From Callorhinchus milii (lineage: Eukaryota), in the NCBI RefSeq assembly GCF_018977255.1, contig NW_024704743.1, positions 10,728,001 to 10,792,000 on the forward strand: a stretch of DNA of 64,000 nucleotides. Direction: 5' to 3'. The notes beneath the pieces were generated by a model. That model worked only from the letters and a program-made list of their open reading frames with translations. It had not been told where the DNA came from and searched no databases. This document shows, piece after piece, positions 37,231 through 50,203 of the stretch (positions are counted from its first letter, which is position 1; each line of letters starts with the position of its first letter). A program made the translations under genes and the position numbers.

Positions 37231-37639
37231 GTTAAATAGTGCACTTTCTGCAGCTCTATTAACAATACAATACAAGCTTAAATTTATATACTAGAGTGCC
37301 TGTCTTGTGGAGGCAGGAGGACCTTCAAAAGCCCTTTTCTTGCAATTAAAAATGTTTAGCGAACACATCATTAATGTGTGTTAAAACTGTTTCTCGGCTT
37401 ACGTACATTTATTAAACAACTGTACAAAGTAAACCCACCCTTTCTCAAATAGTAGATTCAAATGATAGACAAGATTGCTGCCCTACAAAATACACAGTCA
37501 CACCACTTTACAGTATATCTTGTAAATCACTTTGAGATGTCTCAATGACCTAATAAAGCACTATATCAAATGCAAAGATTATTATTATTCCTGGATTTTA
37601 CTTGCTGTGTATGTAAAGGAATTAAAATAATCTAAAGTA

Positions 37640-39415
37640 AGGGGCAAGGTACAGATCCAAATCTTTCTGGATGACTAAGGAAATTGGGATTAAAATAAAA
37701 CAGAAAAAGAAAGCTTATGATAAATGTCAGGTCCAAAATACACAAGATAATCAAATAAATTATAAAAAGTGCAGAGGAGAATTGAAAAGGGAAATAAGAG
37801 GGACAAAGAGATTGTATGAGAAAAGATTAGCGGGTAACATAAAAGGAACCCTAAGGTATTTTATAAACATAAAAAATAAAATGTTAGTCAAATATAGGGT
37901 GGGGCCAATTAGGAATCAAAGAGGATATTTTCTTGTGGAGGCAGAGGGCATAGCTGATGTACTGAATGAGTACTTTGCATCTGTCTTCACAAAAGAGGAG
38001 GATGCAGCCAATGTCACAGTATCGGAGGAGAGAGTAGAGAAATTGGATAAGATAAGAGTAAACTGAAAGGAGGTACTAAAAAGGTTGATGGTGCTCAAGG
38101 TAGATAGGCAATCCGGTCTATCCTAGGTTACTGAGGGAAGTAAGGGTAGAAATAGCAGAAGCTCTGGCCACAATCTTTCAATTCTCCTTGGTCACCTGGG
38201 TGGTGCTAGAGGGTTGCAAATGTTACTCCCCTCTACAAAAAGGGCCAGAACGATAAACCCGGGTACTACAGGCCAGTCAGCCTAACGTCAGTAGTGGGTA
38301 CATTTCTAGAGACTATAATACAGAACAAAATAAATTTTCACTAAGAAAAATATGGGTTAATAAAGGACAGCCAACATGCATTTGTTAAAGGCAACAAACC
38401 TGAGTTTTTGATGAAGTAACGGTGAGGGTGGATGAAGGAAGTGCAGTTGATGTAGTTTATATCTATATAAATGACCTGCAATTGGTATAAGGAGTACAAT
38501 TTTCAAGTTTGCAGATAATACTAAGCTAGGAAAATTAGGAAATAGTGAGGAGGATAGTAGCAGACTACAAGAGGACATAACCCAACTGGTAAAATGGGCA
38601 GACACGTGGCAGATGAAGTTTAATGTGGAGAAATGCAAATTGATGCATTTTGGGAGGAAGAATGAGGAAAGGCAAGCTGATGGTACAATCTTAAAGGGGG
38701 AGAAGGCACAGAGAAACCTGGGATTCATATAAGTAAATCTTTGAAGGTGGCAGGACAGGTAGATAAAGCTGTTAAAAAAGCATACAGGATACTAGGCTTT
38801 ATAAATAGGGGCATAGAATACAAATGTCAGAAAGTTATGATGAATCTTTACAAAACACTGGTTAGACCTCAGAGAGAGGCTGTCAATGCCTTGACATCTT
38901 TCCTAAAGTGTGGTGGCCATGTTCAGTTCTGGGCGCTATACTTAGGACGGATGTCAAAGCATTGGAGAAGATACAAAGGATGGTACCAGGAATGAGGGAC
39001 TTCAGTTATCAGGAGAGGCTAGAGAAGCTAGGATTATTCTCTTTGGAGCAGAGAGGAGATTTAACAGAAGTTTTCAAAGTTATCAGGAGATTCGATAGGA
39101 TGAACAAGGAGAAACTATTTCCATTGGCGGGTGGGTCAGTAAGCCGAGGACACCGATTTAAAATAGTTGGTTAAAAGAAACAGGGGAAAAACGTTTTCAG
39201 AGTTGTTCGGATCTAGAATGTATTGCCTGAAAGGGTGGTGGAAGCCAATTCAATAATAACTTTTAAGAGCAAAGTAGATAATTATTTGGGAAGGACAAGT
39301 TTGCAGGGCTATGGGAAGAGCGCAGGGGAGTGGGATTGATTTGGATAGCTCTTTTCAAAGAGCCGGCACAAACACGATGGGCTGAATGGCCTTCTTCTGT
39401 GCTGTATAAGTTTTG
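37640..39415 (+). mobile_element. CR1 LINE, 5'-truncated, decayed, with internal deletions
   Basis: WMTKEI, ADVLNEYFASVFTKEE, YRPVSLTSVVG, FAD, LYKTLVRPQ, LEKLGLFSLEQR; 3' UTR gggctgaatggccttcttctgtgctgta. Confidence 0.95.
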
Positions 39416-39563
39416 ATTTTTTTTAAATAATGACTTTCATAATACACCGATCAATGCACATACATTAACAATAGCAGTCTCTACTGCTGTTTATACTCCA
39501 CACGTCTCCCCATCCTTTCTATCTATTCCTTTCTATATATACCTCTAATTCCTTCTCTCCATA

Positions 39564-41206
39564 TACAACAACAACAACAACAAGATTCCATTTATAAAGC
39601 GCCTTTCACGTCAGGAGGACGTCCCAAGGCGCTGCACAGTTGGGTCATGACCCGAGCAGGGGGGAAATGGTCAGGGTGAGGAGAGGGAAGGGAGGGAGCG
39701 AGGAGGGGGGAAATGGTCAGGGTAAGGTGAGGGAAGGGAGGGAGCGAGGAGGGGGAAGAGAGTCGAGAGGGGAGCTGAAGGCTCGGTCAAAGAGAAAGGT
39801 TTTGAGACCGGCCTTGAAGGAGGAAAGGGAGGAAGCAAGGCGAAGGCACTGGGGGATAGAGTTCCAGAGCCTGGGGGCTGAGAGGCTGAAGGCCCGACCA
39901 CCGATGGTAGGGCGGTTGGGGCGGGGGACGTGGAGCAGACCGGAGCCAGAGGAACGGAGGGTACGGGCAGGTAGGTAGGGGGATAGTAGGTCGGAGAGGT
40001 AGGAGGGAGCAAGGCCGTGAATGGCCTTGTAGGTGAGGATGAGGATCTTGAAATCGATCCTCTGGGGGATGGGGAGCCAGTGGAGGCGAGCGAGGGTGGG
40101 AGTGATGTGGTCCCGAAGCCTGGTGCGGGACAGTACACGAGCTGCAGAGTTCTGAATGACCTGCAGCTTGTGGAGGGAGGTGGCGGGAAGGCCGGCGAGG
40201 AGAGAGTTCCCATAGTCCAGCCTTGAGGTGACAAAGGCGTGGACCAGAGTTTCAGCAGCGTGAGGGGTGAGGTAATGCCGTAGTCTGGCGATGTTCCGGA
40301 GGTGATGGAAGGCGGTGCCAGTTGTGGTGCGGATGTGAGGGAGAAAGGACAGCTCAGGGTCGAACAAAACGCCGAGGTTCCTGACTGGCTTTGAGAGGTG
40401 GAGAGTGCAGCCTTGGATGCTGATGGTGTCAGCGCCTGAGGTGCGGAGGCGCTGACGTGAGCCAATCAGGAGGGCCTCGGTTTTTCGAACGTTGAGCTGA
40501 AGAAAGTTGTCTCTCGTCCAGGACTCGATGTCGGACAGGCAGGCTGTCAGGACATCGGTGGTCGTGGAGTTGAGAGTAGAGGAGGAAAGGTAGAGTTGGG
40601 TGTCATCCGCATACATGTGGAAGTTAACTCCATGTCTGCGGATGATGTCACCAAGGGGGAGCATGTAGAGGGTGAAGAGGAGGGGACCGAGGACAGAGCC
40701 CTGAGGGACACCACATGAGACAGTGCGGGGGGTGGAGGAGAAGCCATTCGTCGAGACGAAATGAAGACGGTGAGAAAGGTACGACCTGAACCATTCAAGG
40801 ACAGTGCCTTGAAGGTTGAGGTGGGAGGACAAGCGGTGGAGTAGGATAGCGTGGTCGACCGTATCGAATGCTGCCGATAGGTCGAGGAGGACGAGGAGAC
40901 AGAGGGAGCCCTGGTCACAGATGGTCAGGATATCATTGGTGACCTTGACCAGGGCAGTTTCTGTGCTATGGGCAGCACGGAAACCTGACTGAAGGGGTTC
41001 GAAAAGAGAATGGGTGGAAAGGAAAGAGCGCAGTTGGGAGGCGACAACTCTTTCCAAGACCTTGGAGAGAAAGGGGAGGTTGGAGATGGGCCGGTAGCTT
41101 GATAGCTGCGACGCATCAAGGGAGGGTTTTTTCAGGGTGGGCGTGATGGTGGCAGTTTTTAATGGAATGGGGACAGAGCCAGAGGAGAGGGACAGGTTGA
41201 TGATGT
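39564..41206 (-). mobile_element. L2 LINE, 5'-truncated, uninterrupted ORF2 RT fragment (young copy)
   Basis: Open frame 41204 to 39717 (495 codons) with [28 protein letters not shown]; many CpGs retained; (ttg)n tail. Confidence 0.97.
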
Positions 41207-41934
41207 GTATGTATCAAATATTCTCTTAAATACATTGGTATTTTGAATAATGGAAGTCTTTTGATACAATGCAATACAATTTGTATTTTTATAGTGTCTT
41301 TTACATCAGGAGGATGTCTCAAAGTGATGGATGAAAGACGGGTACAGATGGAAATGATCAACAGACTATTAGAAGCTGAAATGTAAAAGCATAGTAGTCA
41401 TTATTTGTATTTATCATACAGAGAAAAGGAAGGCAAGTGAATCAACACAAACATTGATATAATGGGTCAAAGATTTCAAAGCTATGGATCTAAGTGAAAT
41501 AAAAAGGGCTGATTAAAAATTTTAATTATATAATGCATACTGTATTTCCTTGTAATCTACAGTGAATACAGCATGATTATACCCTATCTGAGATGAATAA
41601 TGTCAAATAGGATTAGCATTAATTCTTGGAAACCACAATAAAACTTTGTCTGTGTGAATGAAACAAAATAGATGATGGGGAGCGAGTTAAAAGGCTGTAA
41701 TTTAATATTGGTTCCACTAAGCATTACAAATGTGGTCTTGGTTTATGTTGAAATTGAATTAATACTATACGATCTTCTGTGAAGATAGGTATTGTTCTAC
41801 ATTACAGGAGACACAACAATGTTATTACATGAATGTCAGATGACTGTAGAAAATCCATTATTCAAAAGAATCAACTTTGCCAGTGAGTTAGAAGATCTTT
41901 CTCAAGTTTGAGGTTACATTTAATTAGCTATTTA

Positions 41935-42350
41935 TTCAAACCCCAGTCAGGACTTTGAGCTCACAGTCTCGACTGACACTACAGTGCGTGCAAGGGGGAG
42001 GGGCAAAATGTCAGAGTGGTTGTCTGAGACGCTGCCCTGCGTGGAAGGCGCTGTAAGTTGTTATTGTTGTTGTCAGAGGTGCTATCCACCCAGGTCCCAT
42101 TTGCCAAATATAGATGGATGTTGAAGGTTCCCTGACACTATTCACAAAGAGATGGGATTTCCCCCGGTGTCCTGGCCAACAAATACACAAAGAGGTTCAC
42201 TTCACAGCTGTTTGTGGGACACTGCTACGCATAAATTGACTGCTGCATTCGTCTATAAAGTCGTCTCTCCATTTTACGGGATATCCTGGGAAGCCTTTTA
42301 AAACATCCTCCAGATATGGAAGGGCTATATCAAGTGCAAGGATTATTATT
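41935..42350 (+). mobile_element. Deu-domain SINE family B with a short L2 tail inside (about 42020-42072)
   Basis: ttcaaacccc..ccccggtgtcctggccaac..gctgtttgtgggacactgct; insert ccctgcgtggaaggcgctgtaagttgttattgttg. Confidence 0.7.
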
Positions 42351-42352
42351 TT

Positions 42353-42490
42353 CATAGAATCATAGAATTATACAGCACAGAAGGACGCCCTTCCGCCCAT
42401 CGTGTCTGTGCTGGCTATTTTAAAAGCGCTATCCAATTCAATCCCACTACCCTGCTCTCTCCCCATAGCCCTGCAAACTTGACCTCCCCA
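42353..42490 (-). mobile_element. CR1 LINE 3' UTR fragment
   Basis: Reverse complement matches 39290-39415 and 30050-30185. Confidence 0.88.
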
Positions 42491-43926
42491 ATTTTGTTAT
42501 TTATTTCCCAGATATCTTTTCACTGGAAGAAGGGTGGAATCTGATAGATAGAATTATGTTACAACTTCCCCGATTGTCAGTCAATTACAAGGAAGGCATT
42601 AACAAGAATTTTCGCTAGAAAGATGGAAGTAAAAAAAAATGTGGTTGTTAGCAGCCGGATGGACTGAAATTCTGGTCAGTGCTACTGTTAGTCCCTTTGG
42701 CAATGTGTGATTATAACAGAGAAATCCCATTAGTGGCTGACATCGCCAAAGGTGCGAAGCATAACATCAACCCAAATTTCATTCCAGGAATGCCTGGACT
42801 GCCAAGACCATAATGGCACTTATTCAACAACTTGCATTTATATAGTAGTCTTCATATTGGATAACATCTCAGTGCTGAACAATCACATAATTTGATTCCG
42901 AGCCAGTGAGAAGGGAAAGTTACCATAGGCACTGCTAAATACAAAAATCTTCAGGTGCGATCTGAAGATACATAAAGAGGTGGGGCTGAGCTGAGGGATT
43001 GAGTCAGGGTGTTTTAAAGGTTTGGGTTATCGTGGCTTGGCTGAAAGCAAGCAGCCAATGACGAAGTCAAGGGACGTGCAGATGGCCCAAACACGCAAGA
43101 AAGTTTATAAAGAGTATTGGGATAAATGAATGAAAAAAAACAAAGTGGATGACCAAGGCCTGCCAAAAGGAATCTGAGATGTTACCCTGGTATAACGTGC
43201 ACTATATAAATGCTAAATGTTGCAGTTGAAAGTGTACCTCTTGATAAGTGCTTTGAGACACTGTTTGGCATAAATTATCACTAGTTTTAAATGTTACTAG
43301 TTGAAAATTGTGCACAAAGCCAGCTAAGGTTCAGTGATGGCCACCAATGACCTAAGTGAACTGGCCACAATCATACAATTGAACTTTGACTGGGTTCAAC
43401 TGCAATTTGCAATGATCCAAGGGATTTGAGACATTCTGACACCATGATAAGGCACTATATCAAGAGCAAAAGCAAAGATAATAATTTATATTAAAATGCT
43501 TTACACAATGCTGTTACCAGATGAAGTATCCTTAGTATGCATTGCATGACTCCTATATCCATAGCTGAAGAATCATTAACATGCTTTACAAAACCTTGTT
43601 ATCATATTATGTAAAGCAAACAAGGTCATTCCCCCCCACCCCCAACACTTCAGCTCCTCCCTTCACCTTGGTTACTCCAGCACCTATGCGAAGTGCTTCC
43701 AGATGTCCTCTCGACATGGAAGAAACTGTATAAATGTAAATTGTCTTCCACGGTTTTGACTACAGAATACACTGTCAGTACAGTTTACTGTAAATCTTGT
43801 GCAGCACTTTGAGATGTCTTGACAACATAATAAGGCACTGTATCAAATGCAAGGATTATTATTGTTATAATATTGTAAGTGGTGCTTCATTGTTCCTTGG
43901 AGAGGTAGAGAAAGAGAATTTAAATT

Positions 43927-44283
43927 GTGGAGTACTGTAGCTTAGTGGTTAGAGCACTCGGCTCGCAAGGAAGAAGACCTGGGTTTGATTCCCGGCAGGG
44001 CAAAACATTAGGCAAGTTTCCTGACTCCACACGCCTCTCTTTACCTAGCAGTAAACGGGAACCCGTTTGCTAATCGATTGGCAGATTGCTTTTCCAGCGG
44101 TAGTAATTCCTTAAAAAAAGTAATAAATTGATCGCTCAATCCATGACTATTTGTGGGACACTGCTGTGCGCAATTGGCTGCCATATTTTGCCCACAAAGT
44201 ATAAGGTGTGAAGCGCTTTGAGACATCTCGAAGACATGATAAGGCATTATATCAAACGCAAGGATTATTATTATTATTATTAT
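43927..44283 (+). mobile_element. Family A SINE, long form
   Basis: gtggagtactgtagcttagtggttagagc head, ttacctagcagtaa block, Deu core, (att)n tail. Confidence 0.85.
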
Positions 44284-44319
44284 TGTAACTCCTAAGCCAG
44301 GCAAGTCCATAGTACTCTA

Positions 44320-44725
44320 AGGCACTGCTCATGAAAAACCAGCCAGCCTGGCTCATTAGGATGCCTTGGAGTGGCAGACTGGTTATTGGGAGCAGAGATT
44401 CTTCACACTCAGCTCCTACTAACCTTGCAAGCTAAATTCTTAATAGTTAGGGTGGTCCTAGCTGGAAAAATAGCAGAAAGCCTACCAGACAGGAAACTGT
44501 GAAGTTTTTGTCGGTTATATCCCAGTAGTACTTCCAATGCACAATTTGGGGTCCCCAAGAATTGGCTCTTGCCAACCTGCGTCTCTTACTCTCCATAATT
44601 AGGTATCAGGATGTGACCCTCCAGGGAGAGAGCAGGCATTCCATCCATGCATGGTAATTTTTAGGTATAGGTGATACGCAAGGATGATCTTAAATTTAAT
44701 GATGGGTTTCCGTGTGTGTCAGACA
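44320..44725 (-). repeat. Unnamed ancient interspersed repeat, copy 2
   Basis: Collinear with 28250-28680 on the opposite strand. Confidence 0.75.
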
Positions 44726-45312
44726 CTCAGCTGACCAATAATAATTAACCACCTTAACAGACAGACATCACCTGAAAGATGGTAACTCTGATAAGCAGCA
44801 AGTGAACCAGGCACTTGTAGGCACTAAGTACTCTGAGATGCTACCCTGCGTGGAGGGCGCCATATAAGTGCAAGTTGTTGTTGTATATGAATGGAGTGGA
44901 CTTCCTCCAAATATGAAAAGTGCTACATCAAATGCAATGATTATTATTGTTATCACCAAAGCCTGTTAGTGAACATTGAGGAAAAGTTGCATTCAGTCAT
45001 TGTATAAGAATATGGTAGTTTGAAGGGCCTACTCCTGTTTCTACATTGTGGAGAAATAGCTTTAGAAAAGCTTTTTCCAACCCTTGCAGTGATGAGTGCA
45101 ATATTCACAAACAGGATGATTCAAACTTTTGAAGGAATACCACAACAGTGTAACTTTAATAGGAATTTGTGAAGTAGAACTCCCTGGTGTCATTGTTTCT
45201 GCAGCTGCTTCCCAGAGCCCATAAATTGTCTTAAAAGAGAAGTAAGCAGATGTTTGAAAATGAGGAATATTAAAGTGTTTGGGGAGAACCTAGTATTTTT
45301 TGGGGTCAGCCC

Positions 45313-45523
45313 TATATATTTGTTGGCGAAACGTGGCAGCCAATTGCGCACATCAGTGTCCCACAAACAGTCATAGATTGAAAATAACTAATTTTTGGAG
45401 GGATTATTATCAGGCGTGTGGAGTAAGGAAACTTGCCCAAGATTTCACCCTGCCTGGAATTGAACCCAGGTGTCTGTCTCTTGCAAGGCAAGTGCTCTAA
45501 CCACTGACCTGTAGGACTTCACT
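45313..45523 (-). mobile_element. Family A SINE, short form, tail missing
   Basis: ggattattatcaggcgtgtggagtaagg (short-form junction) and reversed tRNA head. Confidence 0.85.
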
Positions 45524-45652
45524 TCCAATGGAAAGTGCTGGAGATTAACCAGCTAAAACTGCATAGCTTGCCATCGAGAGCACTTGAGATCTTGCCATTG
45601 AGACCACCATACCCATACCCATTTTGGCTTTGCCTTGAAGGGTTAACTCCTC

Positions 45653-45921
45653 GTGGAGTCCTGTAGCTCAGTGGTTAGAGCACTCTCCTCACAAGCGAGA
45701 GACCTGGGTTTGGTTCCCAGCAGGGTGAAATGTTGGGAAAGTTTCCTTACTCCACACGCCTCTATTTACCGAGCAGTAAGTAGGAACCTGGTTGTTAGTC
45801 GATTGGCGGATTGTTTTTCTGGGGTAATAATTCCTTCAATATATTCTGTGAAGTGCTTTGAGATATTTCAAAGGCATAACAAGATGCTATATCAAATGCA
45901 AGGCTTATTATTATTTATTAT
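45653..45921 (+). mobile_element. Family A SINE, long form, Deu core deleted
   Basis: Head and long-form block, then jumps from ttccttcaa to tatattctgtgaag. Confidence 0.85.
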
Positions 45922-47460
45922 TTAACAGAAATTGAGTGGGAAGGGATTGAGGCAGAGATTTCCAGAGTCTCAAGGTGGTAGAGGACTGGGGTGATGGATG
46001 TATGGAGTTTGGTGAGAGTGAAGATGATATCCTTTACAGTTGGTCAGCATAACTGTTCAGACAGTGAGTGGAGTGCATGGGATTTGTACATAAGGATGCA
46101 TGCTCAGGATCTTTGACTTGATGCCATTTATACTATGGGATGCATTCTCCAACCCATTACAAATGATGCGTACAGAACTCTTTCACTTCTCTGCCTGGGT
46201 GCAACAGATTACACTGGATGATTAAACACCATCAGCTGTTTCCTTCTCATCCATTGCTGCTGTCCAATCATTTCCTTAGCAACTGCAGTGATACCGATAT
46301 ACAGTCAACCAAACACAATTAAATAATGTAGTCTCTGCACTAACAACAATAACATTGTATTGCTTTGTCATGATGTAGGCAACTTGTGACATGCCTTTGC
46401 ACTTTTGAGAGCTTGACTCACTTTCATTCTATTTTTCAAGCCTATTCTTAATCGTAGTATTTATCATGACCAGCGATCTCCCAAATAAAATTAGTCAATC
46501 ACTTCATGGCTGTTTGTGGGACATAGCTATGGACAAATTGGCTATCGTGTTTGCCCCAAAATACACCTAGTCACACCACTATACAACTGACTAATAAACA
46601 ATATACCATATGAAGCACTTTGAGATGTCTCGATTATGTGTTAACACACTATATCAAATGCAAGGATTATTATTATGATTATTATTTGTGTCCTTTTATC
46701 TAACACATGATACCAAGAGAAAGCACACAAGCAACCATTAGCTACTATGCTTAATAAACCGGTGAATGGGTATGACATAGTTGATGTATTATTCAGGACA
46801 ATGTTACACTTATTAGGTTCCTAACTCAAGACCAGAAGACAGAATTGAAGCCTACTGAACAACTGGACATGCTTTTGATTGATATTTTTCTCTTTATCAC
46901 GAGCAGTTGTTTTGGTAGTTTGTTCTGTGTCTCTTGCCTCAGTTTTTTAAGTCAGTAAATAGATACGTTTGTTTCACAACCAAATGGATCCTAATATAAT
47001 AAATCTTGAAGATGCTTGAGATGAGATGCTGGACTCACTGTACTTTGACTAAAGCTTAAAACATTTATTCATAAATAAATATGAATATTACTATTTTTCC
47101 AGGTAGTTCTTTTTATTGTATTTGCATTATAACATGTGCATGAACTTGCTTTGACAGCCTATATTTCCTCTACATAATTTCTCATCTTGATCAATTTGAG
47201 TTGATGTGTCTGTAGCATGTTTTTTAATTGTTAATATGTAAACGATATTTCACATTCAATTTCCTGCAAAATAACACATAAATCTTTCCTGCTTCATGTG
47301 ACGCAAATAATGATGTCAAAAAGATTTGATCTCTGGTCTGCACTGAATCAATCATTCTTGGCTGGGATGATAATTGAGGTTCCTTTCATTTGCCTTAATT
47401 TCCATGGGTTGGAGAATTATGCGTGTGTGGACTTTTAGTGAAACCAAAATTAGACTTGAT

Positions 47461-47845
47461 AACAGCAACAACAACAACTTGCAACTTGCATTGCTCCATT
47501 CATGTTCGGTAAAATTTCAGAGCACTTCACTTCATGCCAAGCAATGTAGAAGGGGGAGGAGTGGTGACCATAGGCATAAATGAAGAAGTAGGTTTTAAGG
47601 TGGGATGTAAAGATAGATGGAAAGGGAACAAGGTGGAGGGATAAGGCAGGGAGTTCCAGAGGTGAGAGGCAGAGTAACTGAAGGCTTGGACGCTGATGGT
47701 GTCCAGTGTGGGGGGAGGGAGTGTGACAGCTGGACTAGTTAGGAAGAGAAGCTGAGCAGAAGAGTGGGGGTCTGAGACGATTAGAGAGACAATGAAGTGC
47801 CAGGGATTTACACGTGTGAATAAGGACCTTGATGTTCATGTGGTT
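47461..47845 (-). mobile_element. L2 LINE 3' fragment (old)
   Basis: caacaacaacttgca tail, gggagttccaga, aggaccttga. Confidence 0.7.
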
Positions 47846-48394
47846 GAATAATAATAATAATCTTTGCATTTGATATAGTGCCTTATCACGTCTTCGAGAT
47901 GCCTCAAAGCGCTTCACTGAATATACTGTAAAGTGAATTGACTGCATATTTTGTATCATCACTCATTATTCAGACTTGCACGTGAAGAATGGTTGGGGGA
48001 TTTCTGATAGATGCAGTGTCTATCCTAACATGAGTCACAATCTTCAGCAGAGGATGAGTAAGGGCAGAAAATTTGGAAGACTAAAGAAAGAAATCAACTG
48101 TGCACCGAAAAATACCGAACGGATAGACTATCAATTAGCCATGATTTGCAAAATCCAGTGTTTCTGTTTTAATACCCAAATGTTAAGTTAAGACTGTAAT
48201 GTGCCTATGCTTTGGGGTGTAATTGAAACCTTTTTACATTACTGTTATTAACCCTGCAAGCCAAAGCCTTAATGGTTGGATGGTGCCAACTGAATTAGCA
48301 GGGGGAAGCTTGCCAGACAGTGCTCTAAGTAGCAAGCTATAGATTTTAGCTGGTTAAACTGCCAACCTGCGGCTAACCTCTCCAGAATTAGGTA

Positions 48395-48915
48395 ATAACA
48401 ATAATAATAATCCTTGTATTTAATATAGCGCTTTTCACATTTTTGAGAAGTGAATTGACAGTATATTAGTGGGCGAAACGCAGCAGCTATTTGCCCACAG
48501 CCGTGTCACCCAAACAGTCGTGGATTGAAGTGACCAATTGATTATGTTTTTTTTCTTGAGGGATTATTATCAGGTGTGTAGAGTAAGGAAACTTGCGCAA
48601 GGTTTCGCCCCGCCGGGAATCAAACCCAGGTTTCTCGCTTGAGAGGCGAGTGTTCTGTTTACCTAGCATTAAGTAGGAACCCGGTTGTTAGTCGATTAGC
48701 GGATCGCTCTCTGGGCATAATAATCCGTTCAGAAAAATAAATAAAAAACAAAATAAATAAATAAATAATAATACCAACTGTTGTGCACAATTGGTTGCAG
48801 CTTTTTGCCCACAAAAATATACAGTCAGTTCACTTTACAATATATTCTGTGTAGCGCATTGAGACGTCTCAATGACATGATACAACGCTATACCAAATGC
48901 AAGGATTTTTATTAT
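48395..48915. mobile_element. Head-to-head fusion of two family A SINEs (minus short form, plus long form)
   Basis: Minus copy 48395-48656 stops at gcgagtgttct; plus copy starts tctgtttacctagca; tails point outward. Confidence 0.8.
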
Positions 48916-49602
48916 TTTGAGACAGGGAGTTTTTTCCCAGCACTTGGAGATGCTATATCACATGCAAATGGGATTAAATTAAATTAGGGACAGTGTTGTG
49001 CTGTGGGATTGATCCCAGCAAGAACTGAACTGAGGCAGTCTTGAAAACCTCAGTTTTAAGCTATTGGTGTACGAATACAAATGATTGCAGTTACATTCTG
49101 GGAACAGCTACTTGTTTTGCGCAGACTGCATTTGGAAGCATATCCTTAGTATCAAATATCATTGCAATAAATTACTTGGAGCATGCACAGCACTGCTGCC
49201 ATAAAAATTACTCCATGGAACGGGTTTATCTGATAAACAGTTTGATTTAATGGTTTGAATTCCCATTATGTCGTTAAGATTAACTCCGCAGCATCGCTTA
49301 ATCACCCCAAATCAATCACGTGGGTGGGGGGTGGGGCGACAGGGTCCAGGCAAAAAGAAAGAAATCGCAAATGATACTCACACTGTAGATACGTTGGCTG
49401 AGCTTTCAGTCACTTTATCCATAATCTCTGGAACTCTCTCCCCAAATCATATTGCTTGCTCCCGCTCTCTGTGACTTTGGAGCCCTCCTAAAAAAAGTTC
49501 AACTGTGCTTTCGGTTATCCTCAACTTCTCCTTTCTTATAATAATCCTTGCATTTGATGGTGCCTTTCCACGTCATCAAAGAAATACTTCACAGGCTGGA
49601 CT

Positions 49603-50203
49603 GAAAGCCGCTGAAACCCTGGTCCATGACTTTGTCATCTCCCGGTTGGTCTATTCAAATGCCCTCCTCACTGGTCTCCCCTCCACTACCATTCATAAAA
49701 TCCAGGTCATCCAAAACTCTGCCGCCCGATTTCTTCCCCGCACCAAACTCCACTCCCGATTACCGCAATCCTTGCCAGACTGCACTGGCTGCCTGTACCA
49801 GAGAGGATCGAATTCAAGATCCTCACTCTTGTTTTCAAATCCTTCCACTTCTCTGCACCCCTTTACCTCTCTGACCTCCTCTCTCCTCACAACAGTGCCC
49901 TTTGCCTTCGCTCCACCAGGTCTGGCCTCCTCCTTGTCCCCCGAATCCTCCGCTTCACCATCGGCGGCCGTGCCTTCAGCCACTACGCCCCGAGGCTCTG
50001 GAACTCCCTTCCTCACTCCCTCCGCCTTGACCCCTCTCTTCCTATTTTCAGGTCTGGGCTGAAGACCTTTCTTTTCGACCGTGCCTTTGGTCACCTTCTT
50101 CCCCCTCCCCCTGGCTCGGCCCAGGAATCCATTACTGTGAAGCACTCTGAGATGCCGTCCAGCGTGAAGGATGCTATATAAATCCAAGTTGTTGTTGTTG
50201 TTG
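49603..50203 (+). mobile_element. L2 LINE 3' fragment
   Basis: [31 protein letters not shown]; (ttg)n tail. Confidence 0.9.

Noticed and set aside
13385..37680. CR1 at 37640 starting about where the 13432 fragment ends
   Set aside because: The ~40-bp overlap is visibly diverged and 24 kb of unrelated DNA lies between; most likely separate copies.
39671..40465. 264-aa S/P/T-rich ORF and similar ORFs at 35132 and 62023
   Set aside because: Alternative frames of C-rich L2 ORF2, not independent genes.
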